DNA of 50,445 nucleotides, from NCBI GenBank assembly GCA_002495185.1, contig DAEB01000044.1, positions 32,383 through 82,827 of the forward strand, read 5' to 3'. This document shows, one piece after another, positions 17,054-26,836 of this stretch; positions within the stretch are counted from its first letter, which is position 1, and each line of letters opens with the position of its first letter. Source of the DNA: Thermoplasmata archaeon UBA184 (GTDB lineage Archaea > Thermoplasmatota > Thermoplasmata > Lutacidiplasmatales > UBA184). A program made the translations under genes and the position numbers. Under the pieces are notes generated by a model. It saw only the letters and a list, made by a program, of their open reading frames with translations. It made no database searches and was not told the origin of the DNA.

Positions 17054-17893
17054 ATGCCCTGGCAGTACTCCGATGACTACTACACTGAGTATACTCGGAC
17101 CACGTGGAACGAGAGTGCCTCCGCCTACGTCGACCTGATGCGGAACCTCGAGCCCTTTCGAGCGGAAGCTCTCACCCGGCTGAATCCTCAGCCGGGAGAG
17201 CGGATCCTCGATATGGGCACCGGCCCCGGAGAGCCCGCCCTGACCATCGCACGTGCAGTTGCCCCCGGCGGCACGGTGAGCGCCATCGACCTTTCGGAGA
17301 GGATGATTGAGATCGCCCGGCAGGTTGGGTCGGCACGGGGAATACGAAACGCGGAGTTTCGCTTGATGGACTGTTCCAAGCTGGAATACCCGGACGCCAC
17401 GTTCGACGGAGCGATCTGCTGCTTTGGCTTTCAGATCTTCACGGACCCCGAGGCGGCCGCCTCCCAGGCCTTTCGGGTACTCAAGTCGAAAGGGCGGATC
17501 CTCACGGCCGTTTGGAGTACCGGTGATAAAGTCCCGTTCTTGGACGTGATCATCGGGCCGATGCTGGAGCACGCCGAACCTGACGAGAACGGCTACCTTC
17601 CGACCCCGTACGAAACCGGTGGGCCCGGGGAGATGGTGGCGTTCCTGCAAGCCGCTGGATTTCGGGGAGCCAGCGAACACCGCGTGACGCACACGATGCG
17701 CTACAGCGATCGTGAGGCCTACCTGAACTCCATTCTGAAAGGCACTCCCATCGGGCATTCCCTGTCAGAGGAACCACCGGAGATTCAGGAGGAGGTCCTT
17801 CGAAAGACACGTGCGAACCTCCAGAGTTGGACCACTACCGAGGGAGTGCTGTTGCCGGCCGAGTGCGTGATCGTGGGCGCCGAGAAGCCGTAG
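17054..17893 (+). CDS. Class I SAM-dependent methyltransferase (UbiE-like)
   Basis: ILDMGTGPGEP, AIDLSERMI, YPDATFDGAICCFG, RVLKSKGRI. Confidence 0.92.
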   Translation: MPWQYSDDYYTEYTRTTWNESASAYVDLMRNLEPFRAEALTRLNPQPGERILDMGTGPGEPALTIARAVAPGGTVSAIDLSERMIEIARQVGSARGIRNAEFRLMDCSKLEYPDATFDGAICCFGFQIFTDPEAAASQAFRVLKSKGRILTAVWSTGDKVPFLDVIIGPMLEHAEPDENGYLPTPYETGGPGEMVAFLQAAGFRGASEHRVTHTMRYSDREAYLNSILKGTPIGHSLSEEPPEIQEEVLRKTRANLQSWTTTEGVLLPAECVIVGAEKP

Positions 17894-18070
17894 TGAGATC
17901 GGTCCGGCCCCCTTCGAGACGGACGCCGACTCATCGGCTGGTGGGGCCGATGGATCTGCCCAACTACTCCGGAGGGCTTCACGAGCAACCGAGCGGATCG
18001 TGTGTGTTGACACCTTGACCGGTTGGGTACCAACAGCACGTTCTTGAGTCCCGCAACGGAACCCTGGCGG

Positions 18071-18538
18071 ATGGCGTCCGTCCGGAATTGGCCGAGGATT
18101 GTGACCTACCTCAGCGCGGTGGCGCTCCTTCTGCTGCTGGTCCAGTACTTTCTCGGACTTTGGACCAACGTCTACGCTCCCTCCCAGTTCTCTTCGTTCG
18201 ACTCGGGAGCGAACTACTCGCCGTCGCTGAATGTGCACATCATCAATGGAGATCTCCTCTTTCTCGTATCGGTCGCACTACTCGTGCTGGCGGCCTTATC
18301 GAGACAGCTGCGCCTGATCGCGCCCGCGGCTGCTCTGGTGGTCTCGATCTACGTCGCGGGGGCCCTCGGAATGGCCTACGTGAACTCCACTCCGAATGAT
18401 CCGATCGACTCGTTCGGAATGGGAGCGATGTTCCTGGTGGCCCTGTTCGCCGCAGCGGTCCTCCTCATGATGTCCGTCCGAGTTCAACGCGCCGCGAAGG
18501 CAGCCCCGGCGCCCATTGTCGGGTCTCGGGTCGCATAG
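18071..18538 (+). CDS. Hypothetical four-TM membrane protein
   Basis: Four hydrophobic helices; QYFLGLWTNVY, HIING motifs; ATG 18071 re-called. Confidence 0.72.
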   Translation: MASVRNWPRIVTYLSAVALLLLLVQYFLGLWTNVYAPSQFSSFDSGANYSPSLNVHIINGDLLFLVSVALLVLAALSRQLRLIAPAAALVVSIYVAGALGMAYVNSTPNDPIDSFGMGAMFLVALFAAAVLLMMSVRVQRAAKAAPAPIVGSRVA

Positions 18539-18663
18539 GAATCTCGCGGCCGGCGGCCGAGGGGGCGCGCCTCGGGAGGCGGGGGAGGTCGGACGGAGTT
18601 CGCGGTCCGACCCGGGAGCGCGCGCAAACCCAGGTGCGGAAAGGTCGTGAAATCGCCGCCAAC

Positions 18664-18711
18664 CGTGCGAAACTGTCGCACGCAGTTTTATGAGACCGGG
18701 CGCATGCGCCC
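18664..18711 (+). promoter_or_regulatory. Promoter of cyclase paralogue 3: TATA box TTTTATGA flanked by two inverted repeats
   Basis: CGTGCGA-AACTG-TCGCACG (18664-18682), TTTTATGA (18686-18693), GGGCGCATGCGCCC (18698-18711), GTG start 18715. Confidence 0.55.
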
Positions 18712-18714
18712 TTC

Positions 18715-20661
18715 GTGGCACCAGGTCGTCGGCTCGCCGCGGTCATGTTCACCGACACGGTGGGGTTCACGGCGTCCACGCAGGCCAACGAGGGCCGCAC
18801 TCTCGAGCTGCTCCGCCAACAGGTCGAACTGCTCCGACCTCTCCTCACACTCCACCAGGGACGAGAGATCAAGTCGACCGGGGACGGCTTCCTCGTGGAG
18901 TTCGATAGCGCGCTCAAAGCCGTCCAGTGCGCGGTGAACATCCAACGCCGGATCTACGAACGAAACTCCGAAGGAGGTCAGGCACCGATTCGCATTCGGA
19001 TCGGTGTCCATCTCGGCGACGTGGTCCAGAACGGGACCGACATCCTCGGCGATGCGGTGAACATCGCGGCCCGGATCGAGCCGTTGGCCGAACCCGGGGG
19101 AGTCTGTGTCTCCAGTGCCGTCTACGAACAGGTTCGAACCAAGGTCGCGGACAAGTTCGAAAAGCTCCAGCCGAAAGCGATGAAGGGGATCGACGTCCCG
19201 ATCGACGTCTACCGGGTGTTGTTCCCCTGGATGAACAACGGCGGGCCGGCCACGGAGGAGGCGCGGTCTGCCGACAAGAACCGCCTCGCGGTCCTTCCGT
19301 TCGCCAACATCAGTCCGGACCCCTCCGACGAGTACTTCGCGGACGGCCTGACGGAGGAGCTGATCGCCAATCTCTCCCTCGTGCCGGGCCTGAAGGTGAT
19401 CGCCCGGACCTCGGTCATTGGATACAAGAAGACGGAGAAGACCGTCGCGACCATCGGGAAAGAACTCGGGGTCGGGACCGTCGTGGAAGGGAGCGTCCGT
19501 CGGTCGGCCAACCGAATCCGCGTGACGGTTCAGGTCATCGATGTGGCCACCGAGGAGCACCTCTGGACCGCGAAGTATGACGACGACCTGGACGACATCT
19601 TCGCCGTGCAAGGCGACATCGCGACGAAGGTCGCGACCGCTCTCCCGGGTGGATTGAAACGGGAGCCGGCCGCGATTCCCGAGCTCGCGAAGCCCCGGGA
19701 AACCGAGGCCTACCTCCTCTATCTTCAGGGCCAGGCGCTAATGTGGAAGACGGACCAGGAGTCGCTGCGGCATTCGCTGGAGTTCTTCAAGAAGGCGCTC
19801 CACACCGACCCGACGTTCGCCCGGGCCTACGCGGGAATCGCGCGCGCGTACATCGGCCTCGGGTCGGAGGACTTCATGCTATGGTCGGACGCGTGCAATC
19901 TCGGTCGGGCGGCGGCCGAGAAGGCGATCGCGATCGACCCCGGTCTCGCCGAAGCTCACGGCCTGCGCGCCGAGATCGCGTTCATGGCCGACGAGACCGC
20001 CGACGTTCTCGACCGGGAAGTTCGCAAGGCGCTCGAACTCAACCCCAACCTGGCGCAGGCCCACACCATCCTGGCGGCCCTCGCGGGCTCCCTCGGCATT
20101 GCGGAAGCGTACACGGCGGAGAACGAGGAAGCGTACCGTCTCGACCCTCTATCGCCCCCGACCATCCGTTCGTTGGGGAATGCGTACTTCTTCTCGGGGC
20201 GCCTCGACGAGGCCCTGGCGCATTGGAAGAAGACGATGGAGCAGTCGCCGGTCGATTCCTACCGGGGACTGGCGGACTACTTCATGCTCAAAGGGGACTT
20301 CGACCAGGCGGAACAGATGGTGAAGGAGCTGGAGCGACTCGCTCCGAACAGCGACTACGCCCTGCTCTGTCGGGGATGGCTTTCGGCCATGCGGGGCAAT
20401 CGTGCCACCGCGATGAAGATGATCGAGAAGCTCCAGGAGACCTCTCGCGAAGGGTACGCCCGCCAATCCTCAGTCGGCTTCATCTACTACGCGCTCGGCG
20501 ACCTCGACCGGTTTTTCGAGGTCATGTTCTCTGCCGCGAAAGCGCACACGATGCAGGCCGCTCGCGTCCGCATGTCCCCGATGTTCGCCGGCGCACGAAG
20601 GGACACGCGGTTCGTGGAGCTTATGTCGACGTACGGTCGGCCCGTTCAGGCTCCGAAGTAG
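18715..20661 (+). CDS. Class III adenylate/guanylate cyclase with TolB-like domain and TPR repeats (paralogue 3)
   Basis: RRLAAVMFTDTVGFT, KSTGDG, RIGVHLGDV, DILGDAVNIAARIE; LAVLPFANISPDPSDEYFADGLTEELI; TPRs ending ARRDTRF. Confidence 0.95.
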   Translation: MAPGRRLAAVMFTDTVGFTASTQANEGRTLELLRQQVELLRPLLTLHQGREIKSTGDGFLVEFDSALKAVQCAVNIQRRIYERNSEGGQAPIRIRIGVHLGDVVQNGTDILGDAVNIAARIEPLAEPGGVCVSSAVYEQVRTKVADKFEKLQPKAMKGIDVPIDVYRVLFPWMNNGGPATEEARSADKNRLAVLPFANISPDPSDEYFADGLTEELIANLSLVPGLKVIARTSVIGYKKTEKTVATIGKELGVGTVVEGSVRRSANRIRVTVQVIDVATEEHLWTAKYDDDLDDIFAVQGDIATKVATALPGGLKREPAAIPELAKPRETEAYLLYLQGQALMWKTDQESLRHSLEFFKKALHTDPTFARAYAGIARAYIGLGSEDFMLWSDACNLGRAAAEKAIAIDPGLAEAHGLRAEIAFMADETADVLDREVRKALELNPNLAQAHTILAALAGSLGIAEAYTAENEEAYRLDPLSPPTIRSLGNAYFFSGRLDEALAHWKKTMEQSPVDSYRGLADYFMLKGDFDQAEQMVKELERLAPNSDYALLCRGWLSAMRGNRATAMKMIEKLQETSREGYARQSSVGFIYYALGDLDRFFEVMFSAAKAHTMQAARVRMSPMFAGARRDTRFVELMSTYGRPVQAPK

Positions 20662-20715
20662 GTCTCGGAGCTCCCGATCGCCACCGGCCTCGCCGCGACC
20701 GTGGGCCGGGCCGGT

Positions 20716-23088
20716 TCAGCGGGAGGGAGTTTCCGCAGTTCCGATCGACGCTTTCACCAGTTCGAACTCCGGCGCGAGGTCGGGGCGAGCGGTCGGGAGC
20801 CCGCGACGCTCGAGTTCCGTGACCTTGGCACGAGCGCGAGAGCGGTCCCCCCGAAGGACGTAGAGTTGGGCGATTCGAAGGCCCACGTCGATCTCCTCCA
20901 GCTTATGCTCGGACCCTTCGAGCAATCGCTCCGCCTCCCGCAAGCTCTGCTCGCCGAGGTCGAGCGACCCGTCCGCCAGGGCGATCTGGCCCCGCACTTT
21001 CGCCGCAACGCTCTGGCCGACCCTGTCACCGATCCGGCCCAGCACGTCGTACGCGCGATCGGCATTCCGAAGCGCGTCCGCGCGGCGATTCTCCTGGAGG
21101 AGGACTTCGGCGGTGAAGTAGTGAGCCCACCCGACCCGTCGCGGGTCGTGGGCCTCCTCCCCGAACCGGATGGCTTTCCCGAGTTCTTCGATCGCCTCTC
21201 GACGATGGTCCGGATTGGACTTATCGTCGGCGAGCATGTTCCCGTAGAAAAGGTGCCCTTGGGCCGACTCGTCCACGGAGCCGAGTCGGTCAAGTTCCCG
21301 GGCCACCTCGCGGGCTTCCGAAAGCGCTTCGGGGACCTTTCCGAGCATCATGAGGTCGCCCGCCCGCCACTTCCGGGCATGAGCGGTCAACCGGTCGTCG
21401 AGCGCCTGTTGCGCCAGTCGTAGTTCCTCGGAGTGTTCGGCGAGCGCGTCCGTGTAGCGGCCCTGATAGTAGAGGATGAGTCCGAGCTCGTGGTGAGCTC
21501 CGATCAGGAGGAGCGGCTCTGACGAAAGGCCCTCCGCTCGGAGGACTCGACCGATGATCCTCGCCGAATCCAGGAGACTGCCTTGAGCGGTCAACGCCTG
21601 GGCCAGAAGGATCTCGTTGCTCGCGCGAAGGCGGGTCGAAAGACTCGGGTCGTCCTTGGCTCGGTCGAGGAATCCACGCACCATGCTCTCCGCTTCTTTG
21701 AGCCGACCGACCCGGAGGGTCACGCGGGCGAGTTCCAGCACCTGCAGTGCTTCGGCCTCCAGGTCCGCCGGGTCCAGGTGACGTTGGTTTTCGAGGGCGC
21801 GGGCCAGGAAGCTCCGAGCGATGTCCGGAGCGGACGCGCGCTCGGCGATCTCGGCGGCAATACGATTGTACTTCAGTGAGTTTCGATCGTCCTTCGCGAT
21901 GTAGAAGTCCCGCGCGAGGCTGAAGACCCGGGTCGAATCGGGGTTCTCGGTCACCTCCCGCGTGCGGCCGGCTCGAAGATGGATCGCTCGGACCTGGGTT
22001 TCGCTGAGGCGACCGTACTCCAGTTCGCGAAGTCGGTCCTGAGGAAACTCGAAGAGGTCGTCCGGACGCTCGAAGAGGAGGCGCCGCTCGACGAGATGGT
22101 CGACGACCTCGGCGAGCCGTGCCTTGTCGAGCCCGCTGGCACCCTGGAGGAGGTCGAAGTCGAACGACGGTCCGAGGACCGCTGCCACCCCTAGGACCTG
22201 GGCGGCGTCCTTGCTGAGCGGGGAAAGCTCGGGGGCTCCTCGGTCACGGACCACGCGGGACGACGCGAGACGCCGGGTGGCCAGCTGCACGAGCAGCGGA
22301 TTCCCCCGGCTCTCCGTGAAGATCCGGTCCACCTCGAGAGGAGTGAACTTCCGTCCCGGTTCGAGAACCTCGAGAAAGGTCCGTACGTCGCCCACGGTCA
22401 TCGGACGGAGGAGGATCTCGGTCGCACCGGTGGCGGTACGAAATCGCTCCAGAACCGAAAGTCTCGACTCGGTCAACGAAGCGAACGTGCGGCTGGATAC
22501 TAGGACCCAGACCGGACGTGCCCGGAGATGGGTCACGAGGTACTCGAGCGCAGCGAGCGACAAGGTGTCGGCCCGGTGGAGGTCGTCAAAGACCAACACA
22601 AGAGGGCCGGCTCCTGCGTACTCGAGAACACGGTCGGTGATCCGCTGAAAGACTCGCTCCCGAGGGACCTCGGCTCCATCGTCCGATATGCCCACCGCTT
22701 TCAGGAGCCGATACTCGAAGCCCGCCCTTCCATCATCCGCTGTGAGTTCCTCCTCCGCAGCACGCTCGCTCCGATCCAGGGCGGCGTCCGCCGGGAAAGA
22801 GGGTCCGGAACTTGCGCCGGGACCCTTCGCTGCAAAGGCGAGCGCCGCCCGGATCAGCGAGAAGGGCGGCGGGTCGTCCGCGGCCGGAGCCCTTCCCACT
22901 AGCACGGGGATTCCCTGCGCCCGGACGCGGGTCACCAAAGAATCGAGGAGGGCCGACTTTCCGACGCCGGGATCACCGAGAAGGATCGTCACTCCCCCCC
23001 GACGCGAAGCTGTTTCCTCGAGCTGCTCCTGCAACGCCTCGACAGTTTCGGCTCGGCCGATGAATGGTGGAGGGGCTTGGTCTCCCAT
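20716..23088 (-). CDS. STAND-like AAA ATPase (AAA_16) with winged helix and C-terminal TPR repeats
   Basis: FIGRAET, Walker A GDPGVGKS, Walker B LVLVFDDLHRAD, SRGNPLLV, AAVLGPSF, TPR-like C-terminus; start 23088 or 23130. Confidence 0.88.
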   Translation of the reverse strand: MGDQAPPPFIGRAETVEALQEQLEETASRRGGVTILLGDPGVGKSALLDSLVTRVRAQGIPVLVGRAPAADDPPPFSLIRAALAFAAKGPGASSGPSFPADAALDRSERAAEEELTADDGRAGFEYRLLKAVGISDDGAEVPRERVFQRITDRVLEYAGAGPLVLVFDDLHRADTLSLAALEYLVTHLRARPVWVLVSSRTFASLTESRLSVLERFRTATGATEILLRPMTVGDVRTFLEVLEPGRKFTPLEVDRIFTESRGNPLLVQLATRRLASSRVVRDRGAPELSPLSKDAAQVLGVAAVLGPSFDFDLLQGASGLDKARLAEVVDHLVERRLLFERPDDLFEFPQDRLRELEYGRLSETQVRAIHLRAGRTREVTENPDSTRVFSLARDFYIAKDDRNSLKYNRIAAEIAERASAPDIARSFLARALENQRHLDPADLEAEALQVLELARVTLRVGRLKEAESMVRGFLDRAKDDPSLSTRLRASNEILLAQALTAQGSLLDSARIIGRVLRAEGLSSEPLLLIGAHHELGLILYYQGRYTDALAEHSEELRLAQQALDDRLTAHARKWRAGDLMMLGKVPEALSEAREVARELDRLGSVDESAQGHLFYGNMLADDKSNPDHRREAIEELGKAIRFGEEAHDPRRVGWAHYFTAEVLLQENRRADALRNADRAYDVLGRIGDRVGQSVAAKVRGQIALADGSLDLGEQSLREAERLLEGSEHKLEEIDVGLRIAQLYVLRGDRSRARAKVTELERRGLPTARPDLAPEFELVKASIGTAETPSR

Positions 23089-23248
23089 CCTCTGACTGGC
23101 GCCCGGGAAGATGGAGGGGTTAGTTAACATGCGGATGAAACGGCTGCCGCGATTCCGCGGACGCGACTTCCCCGAGTTCGGAAGAACCGGGTTCGGGGCC
23201 TCGGCGAGGCCGATAGGGGCTTAGCATCCTGTTCCCGTTGAGCTCTTC

Positions 23249-24289
23249 GTGCGAAACGTCGCGCCGATCGCGTTTCTCGTCCTCGTCACGCCGTGCGTAG
23301 AGTTCCTCACCGGCTCGACCTCGTTCGGCGCGGCCGTGACCGTACCGTCTGCCGCGTTCACCTTCTATCTCCTGACGTGGCCGAGCTACGCGTTCCCGGT
23401 GCTCTTGATTCGGGAGGCGCTCGTTGCTTGGAACAAGGGGCTTGCTTCGCTGCTCGCCCTTGGGATCTCGTATGGGGCGCTGAACGAAGGCCTTCTCGCC
23501 AAGACGTATTTCGCGGTGAACCCGAACTCGCCATCTCTCGGAGGCGGAGCGGGGGTCTGGCTCGGCGTGAACTGGCCCTGGGTGACGGGCATCACTCTGT
23601 TCCACGCGATCGTGAGCATATCGGTCCCGGTCGTGCTGAGCTACCTCATCTTCCCGGAGACCCGGTACCAGAGGTTCCTCAGCGAGCGCACGGTCCGATG
23701 GTTCGTCGTCATCATCCTAGTGGAGGTGCTGGGAATCCTGACCATCCAATCGCTGTTCAGCACCACCATCCGTTCCTTGCTCCCCGAGATTCTCCTTCCG
23801 GCAGCGATTGTAGCTTTCGGCATCTTCCTCGCGCGTCGACTGCCCCTCCCCGACCCGAACCGGACTCTCCCAAGGCGGTTCTCCCGTCCGGGGTACCTTG
23901 TGCTCGGGGCCCTGGGGTTCTTCGTCGTCGTCTTTGTGCCGATTCTCTCGTTCTTTCCGCTCCCGTTCGTCCCCGATGGGTCGCTCTCGGTCTGGTTCTT
24001 CCGGATCGGGCCGGTCGCCGGGGTGGTGGGCAGCCTGTACCCGCTGGCGTTCGCGTACCTCGCGATCCGATTCTTCAGCCGGTACTCTCTGACGGACCGA
24101 CAGCTTCTCGCGTTGGTGACGGGCGCAATGGCGATACCGCTCACCAACGCACTCGCCGTTCACGATATCCCTCAGGGGGACTGGGCGGCCGCGTTCGTGT
24201 ACATCGGCGCGATCATCGTTGCCTATCGACGCATTCGGGCGCGAGAGTCCGCGACGGTGGCGGCGAGCTCTCTCCTGCCGGCCGGCTGA
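23249..24289 (+). CDS. Uncharacterised polytopic membrane protein
   Basis: About nine hydrophobic helices; EFLTGST, LLIRE..W.KG..SLL.LG..YG..NEGL, FHAIVSISVP. Confidence 0.78.
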   Translation: MRNVAPIAFLVLVTPCVEFLTGSTSFGAAVTVPSAAFTFYLLTWPSYAFPVLLIREALVAWNKGLASLLALGISYGALNEGLLAKTYFAVNPNSPSLGGGAGVWLGVNWPWVTGITLFHAIVSISVPVVLSYLIFPETRYQRFLSERTVRWFVVIILVEVLGILTIQSLFSTTIRSLLPEILLPAAIVAFGIFLARRLPLPDPNRTLPRRFSRPGYLVLGALGFFVVVFVPILSFFPLPFVPDGSLSVWFFRIGPVAGVVGSLYPLAFAYLAIRFFSRYSLTDRQLLALVTGAMAIPLTNALAVHDIPQGDWAAAFVYIGAIIVAYRRIRARESATVAASSLLPAG

Positions 24290-24369
24290 AGGACCTGCCA
24301 CCTCGGAAGCAATCGGGAGGGGCATTGCCGATGCCCGCGGAGTGGAGCCGGTCGCGCCCGAAGAATGTG

Positions 24370-25077
24370 CTAGAGGTGCCGCGCGAGGACCGAGGCGACC
24401 GGGGGAAGGTCTCCCAGCCGGTGCTCCGTGCCCGTGGTGAGGGGGCCCGTGGGCCATCCCCGTTCCACCGAGAGAACGGCGTCCTTCCAGTTCTTCGGGC
24501 CGTCACTCCCGAGGAGAAGGATGCGGTCGAACTCGGAACGAGCCCCGACCCGCGATTCGGCCCAGACGATCAACACCGGCCCCCCGAACTCGACGATCCG
24601 ACGGATGGTGGGTCCGACCAATTCCGGAGTGTAGAGAGGTGCCAAGCGATGCGCTCCCGAGAGAACGAGGACGGGCGCAGGGCCCTCGCCCGGGAGCTCG
24701 GAGATGAGGCGCTGGGTCTGGTCGGGCAAGCTCAGGAAGTCCGCGAACCGACGCAGAGAATCCTCCTCCGCCTCGGACCGCGCGAGGCCCCCCAGCGCAA
24801 CGTTCCCGCGGAAGTTATCCGGCACCAGTTCGCTCGGCGAGACCGTGAGAAACCTCTCGGGAGGGAGGACGTCCGTCGTCAACAGGTCGTCGTCCTCGAG
24901 GATCTCGTCCGGCAGACGGACGTGTCCCCACACAAACCCTCCGCGGTGATGGGAGACGAGCGAGTACGCGACCCAGTTGAGAAGGGCGCGATTGCTACCG
25001 CTCAGAATCACCGAAACACGGGGATCGAACAGATCCGAAGGCGTGGCAGCGCTCACCTTCGCGGCGCCTCCGCTCAA
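24370..25077 (-). CDS. Hypothetical protein, possibly inactive RecA/KaiC-like P-loop fold
   Basis: Alpha/beta pattern VSVILSGSNRALL ... VLVLSGAHRL ... PVLIVW ... FDRILLL, without a GKT. Confidence 0.6.
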   Translation of the reverse strand: MSGGAAKVSAATPSDLFDPRVSVILSGSNRALLNWVAYSLVSHHRGGFVWGHVRLPDEILEDDDLLTTDVLPPERFLTVSPSELVPDNFRGNVALGGLARSEAEEDSLRRFADFLSLPDQTQRLISELPGEGPAPVLVLSGAHRLAPLYTPELVGPTIRRIVEFGGPVLIVWAESRVGARSEFDRILLLGSDGPKNWKDAVLSVERGWPTGPLTTGTEHRLGDLPPVASVLARHL

Positions 25078-25298
25078 GAGATCAGGAATGTCTCTCGGCG
25101 ATAAGTCACTGTCGCACGCGTGCTCGCACGCCCGGACCTAGGTCATCCGCAGGTTCGGAACGGTCGGCGGTGTCGGTGCCGTTCTCCCACGTTCCCCTAG
25201 GAGGACGAGGTCCGAGAACCGGTCGACCCTTCTCGAGCGTCAATCTCCCTTAACGAACCGATTTTGGGTCGGCAACCGACAATGACCTTGGTGAGTCA

Positions 25299-25565
25299 AT
25301 GGCCGCGACAACGACCGGTGCCTGCGAGTCTGCCTCCTCGACTTGGGAACGACCTCCGGCAGGGTGGCGATGGCGCGTGCTGGTGTCGATTCTCGGACCC
25401 GTTGCGTGGCTGAGCTTTACCCTGCTGTACGTCGGGTTTTGGGCGAGCGGATTCACGCTCTTCCAGAGCATCATCGTGATTCTCGTGTCCGTCATCATCC
25501 TCGGCGGGCTGATGGGCGCGCTCTGGACAGGATGGGGTCCGCGGTACCGACACGCTTTCGACTGA
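25299..25565 (+). CDS. Small two-TM membrane protein
   Basis: WRVLVSILGPVAWLSFTLLYVGFW and FQSIIVILVSVIILGGLMGALW; GGTGA upstream of ATG. Confidence 0.72.
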   Translation: MAATTTGACESASSTWERPPAGWRWRVLVSILGPVAWLSFTLLYVGFWASGFTLFQSIIVILVSVIILGGLMGALWTGWGPRYRHAFD

Positions 25566-25676
25566 GCGGTCCAGACTCGCGCCGTTACGGCCGCGCGGGA
25601 AGCGCGAACGAATCCAGGAAGTGATCGTCGAGGCTCGTGGAGGAAAGAGAAGTGTCCTTCCGAGCCGTCAGCGCGG

Positions 25677-26099
25677 CTAGCGGTGCTTCGCGTTCGACAG
25701 ATTCAGTGCGACCGCCTCTCGCACGATGCCTCTCAACCCTGATTCGTCGACCGGTTCATCTTTGTGGAAGTCGACCGCCCGGACGGTCTTGCTGTCCAGT
25801 CTCGTGTTGAAGAGCCGCTTTGGGTCCCGGATGTGAGCGCCCTTCGGGAATGTCAACCTCACCGCGGCCTTGAGAATGTTGCCGATGCAGATCATCCCGC
25901 CATGGGACCAAGCCGGGACTCCCTCGGGGGCGCTCGGTTTTCGCCACTTCACCTCTTCCACTGCCTCCGGGTCCGCTTCCTGGATCACGTCCCGCAAGTG
26001 CGCGAGCACATCGTCCCGCCAGTCCTTTGGCTCCCCGGAGCCGTGGTGTGCCGGCAGACCGGCCGCGTTGCCCTTTCGCAAAGGTCGAGATCCCACCAT
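25677..26099 (-). CDS. DUF1801 (YdhG-like) domain protein
   Basis: DWR...L..LR..I.EADP.AVEEVKW, GVPAWSH.G.IC, VRLTFPKGA...DPKRLFN, REAVALN; start approximate. Confidence 0.9.
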   Translation of the reverse strand: MVGSRPLRKGNAAGLPAHHGSGEPKDWRDDVLAHLRDVIQEADPEAVEEVKWRKPSAPEGVPAWSHGGMICIGNILKAAVRLTFPKGAHIRDPKRLFNTRLDSKTVRAVDFHKDEPVDESGLRGIVREAVALNLSNAKHR

Positions 26100-26323
26100 C
26101 CGAGCGAGAGATGCCGACCTAATACCTTGACGGCAACCGGTCCATTCTTCTCGAGTCGATCGACAACCGAGACGTGCTCCTGAGAGGCCCGTGAACCAAT
26201 CGGAAGCGGGGGTCATGGCCTCCTTCTATCGGTCCGAGGGTCCTGTTGAAATCACCGCAGAGGAGGCCGCCGTTCCCCTCGAACGTTATCCGTCATTCTG
26301 GATAGGCTCGACCATCCCCTCCA

Positions 26324-26761
26324 ATGCCCGAGTCCCAAGGGAGCGTGCTGCATCAGCAAGCCCTGACAGTGATGGGCCTCTTCACCGGCTTGACCCTGAC
26401 CGGCTTGGTCCTGATCCTGAACTCGCCCGGATCATTCCGCACTCCGATCGGGCCGCTCTCTGGCCAACAGTACTTCGAGACCGTCACCACCTATGTCGCG
26501 GTCGTCGGCGCGATGAGCAGCGTTGCGATCGTCTCGTTCATGGAAGTGGCCGGAGGGATGGCGAGGGTGTACAGCTTCATCGACAAGATGGGAACCACGC
26601 TGTTCCTGATCAGCGTGTTCGGTTTCATGGGGATTCTCCCCCTGCTGCTGGCGCCCTTCACTCGATGGGGGGCCGGAATCGTGTTGGTGCTCGAGGTGGT
26701 CCTGCTCCTGACCTACTTCATCGGCCGACGGCTTCCCGTGACGGACCCCCGGGCGCACTAG
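26324..26761 (+). CDS. Hypothetical four-TM membrane protein
   Basis: Four hydrophobic helices; best protein-like ORF in the interval. Confidence 0.7.
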   Translation: MPESQGSVLHQQALTVMGLFTGLTLTGLVLILNSPGSFRTPIGPLSGQQYFETVTTYVAVVGAMSSVAIVSFMEVAGGMARVYSFIDKMGTTLFLISVFGFMGILPLLLAPFTRWGAGIVLVLEVVLLLTYFIGRRLPVTDPRAH

Positions 26762-26836
26762 CCGCCTCACAGACGATGTCCGGAGGACGCCGCCAACCCA
26801 GGGCCTGGCTGAGCTCGTCGCCGGCAGGAACGGTCT

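Noticed and set aside
20716-23088. BREX or Avs antiphage system
   Set aside because: No pglX/pglZ/brx genes and no effector domain; a generic AAA_16-TPR architecture is sufficient explanation
23293-25104. 603-aa + strand ORF and similar long Arg/Pro/Gly-rich ORFs (e.g. 15586-16896, 32837-34147, 36166-37431, 38099-39406)
   Set aside because: Alternative-frame or antisense artefacts of high GC overlapping genes with clear family motifs
25108-25119. 12-mer ACTGTCGCACGC also present at 18672-18683, both near putative TATA boxes
   Set aside because: Many chance 12-mer matches are expected in 50 kb, and the orientation relative to the genes differs
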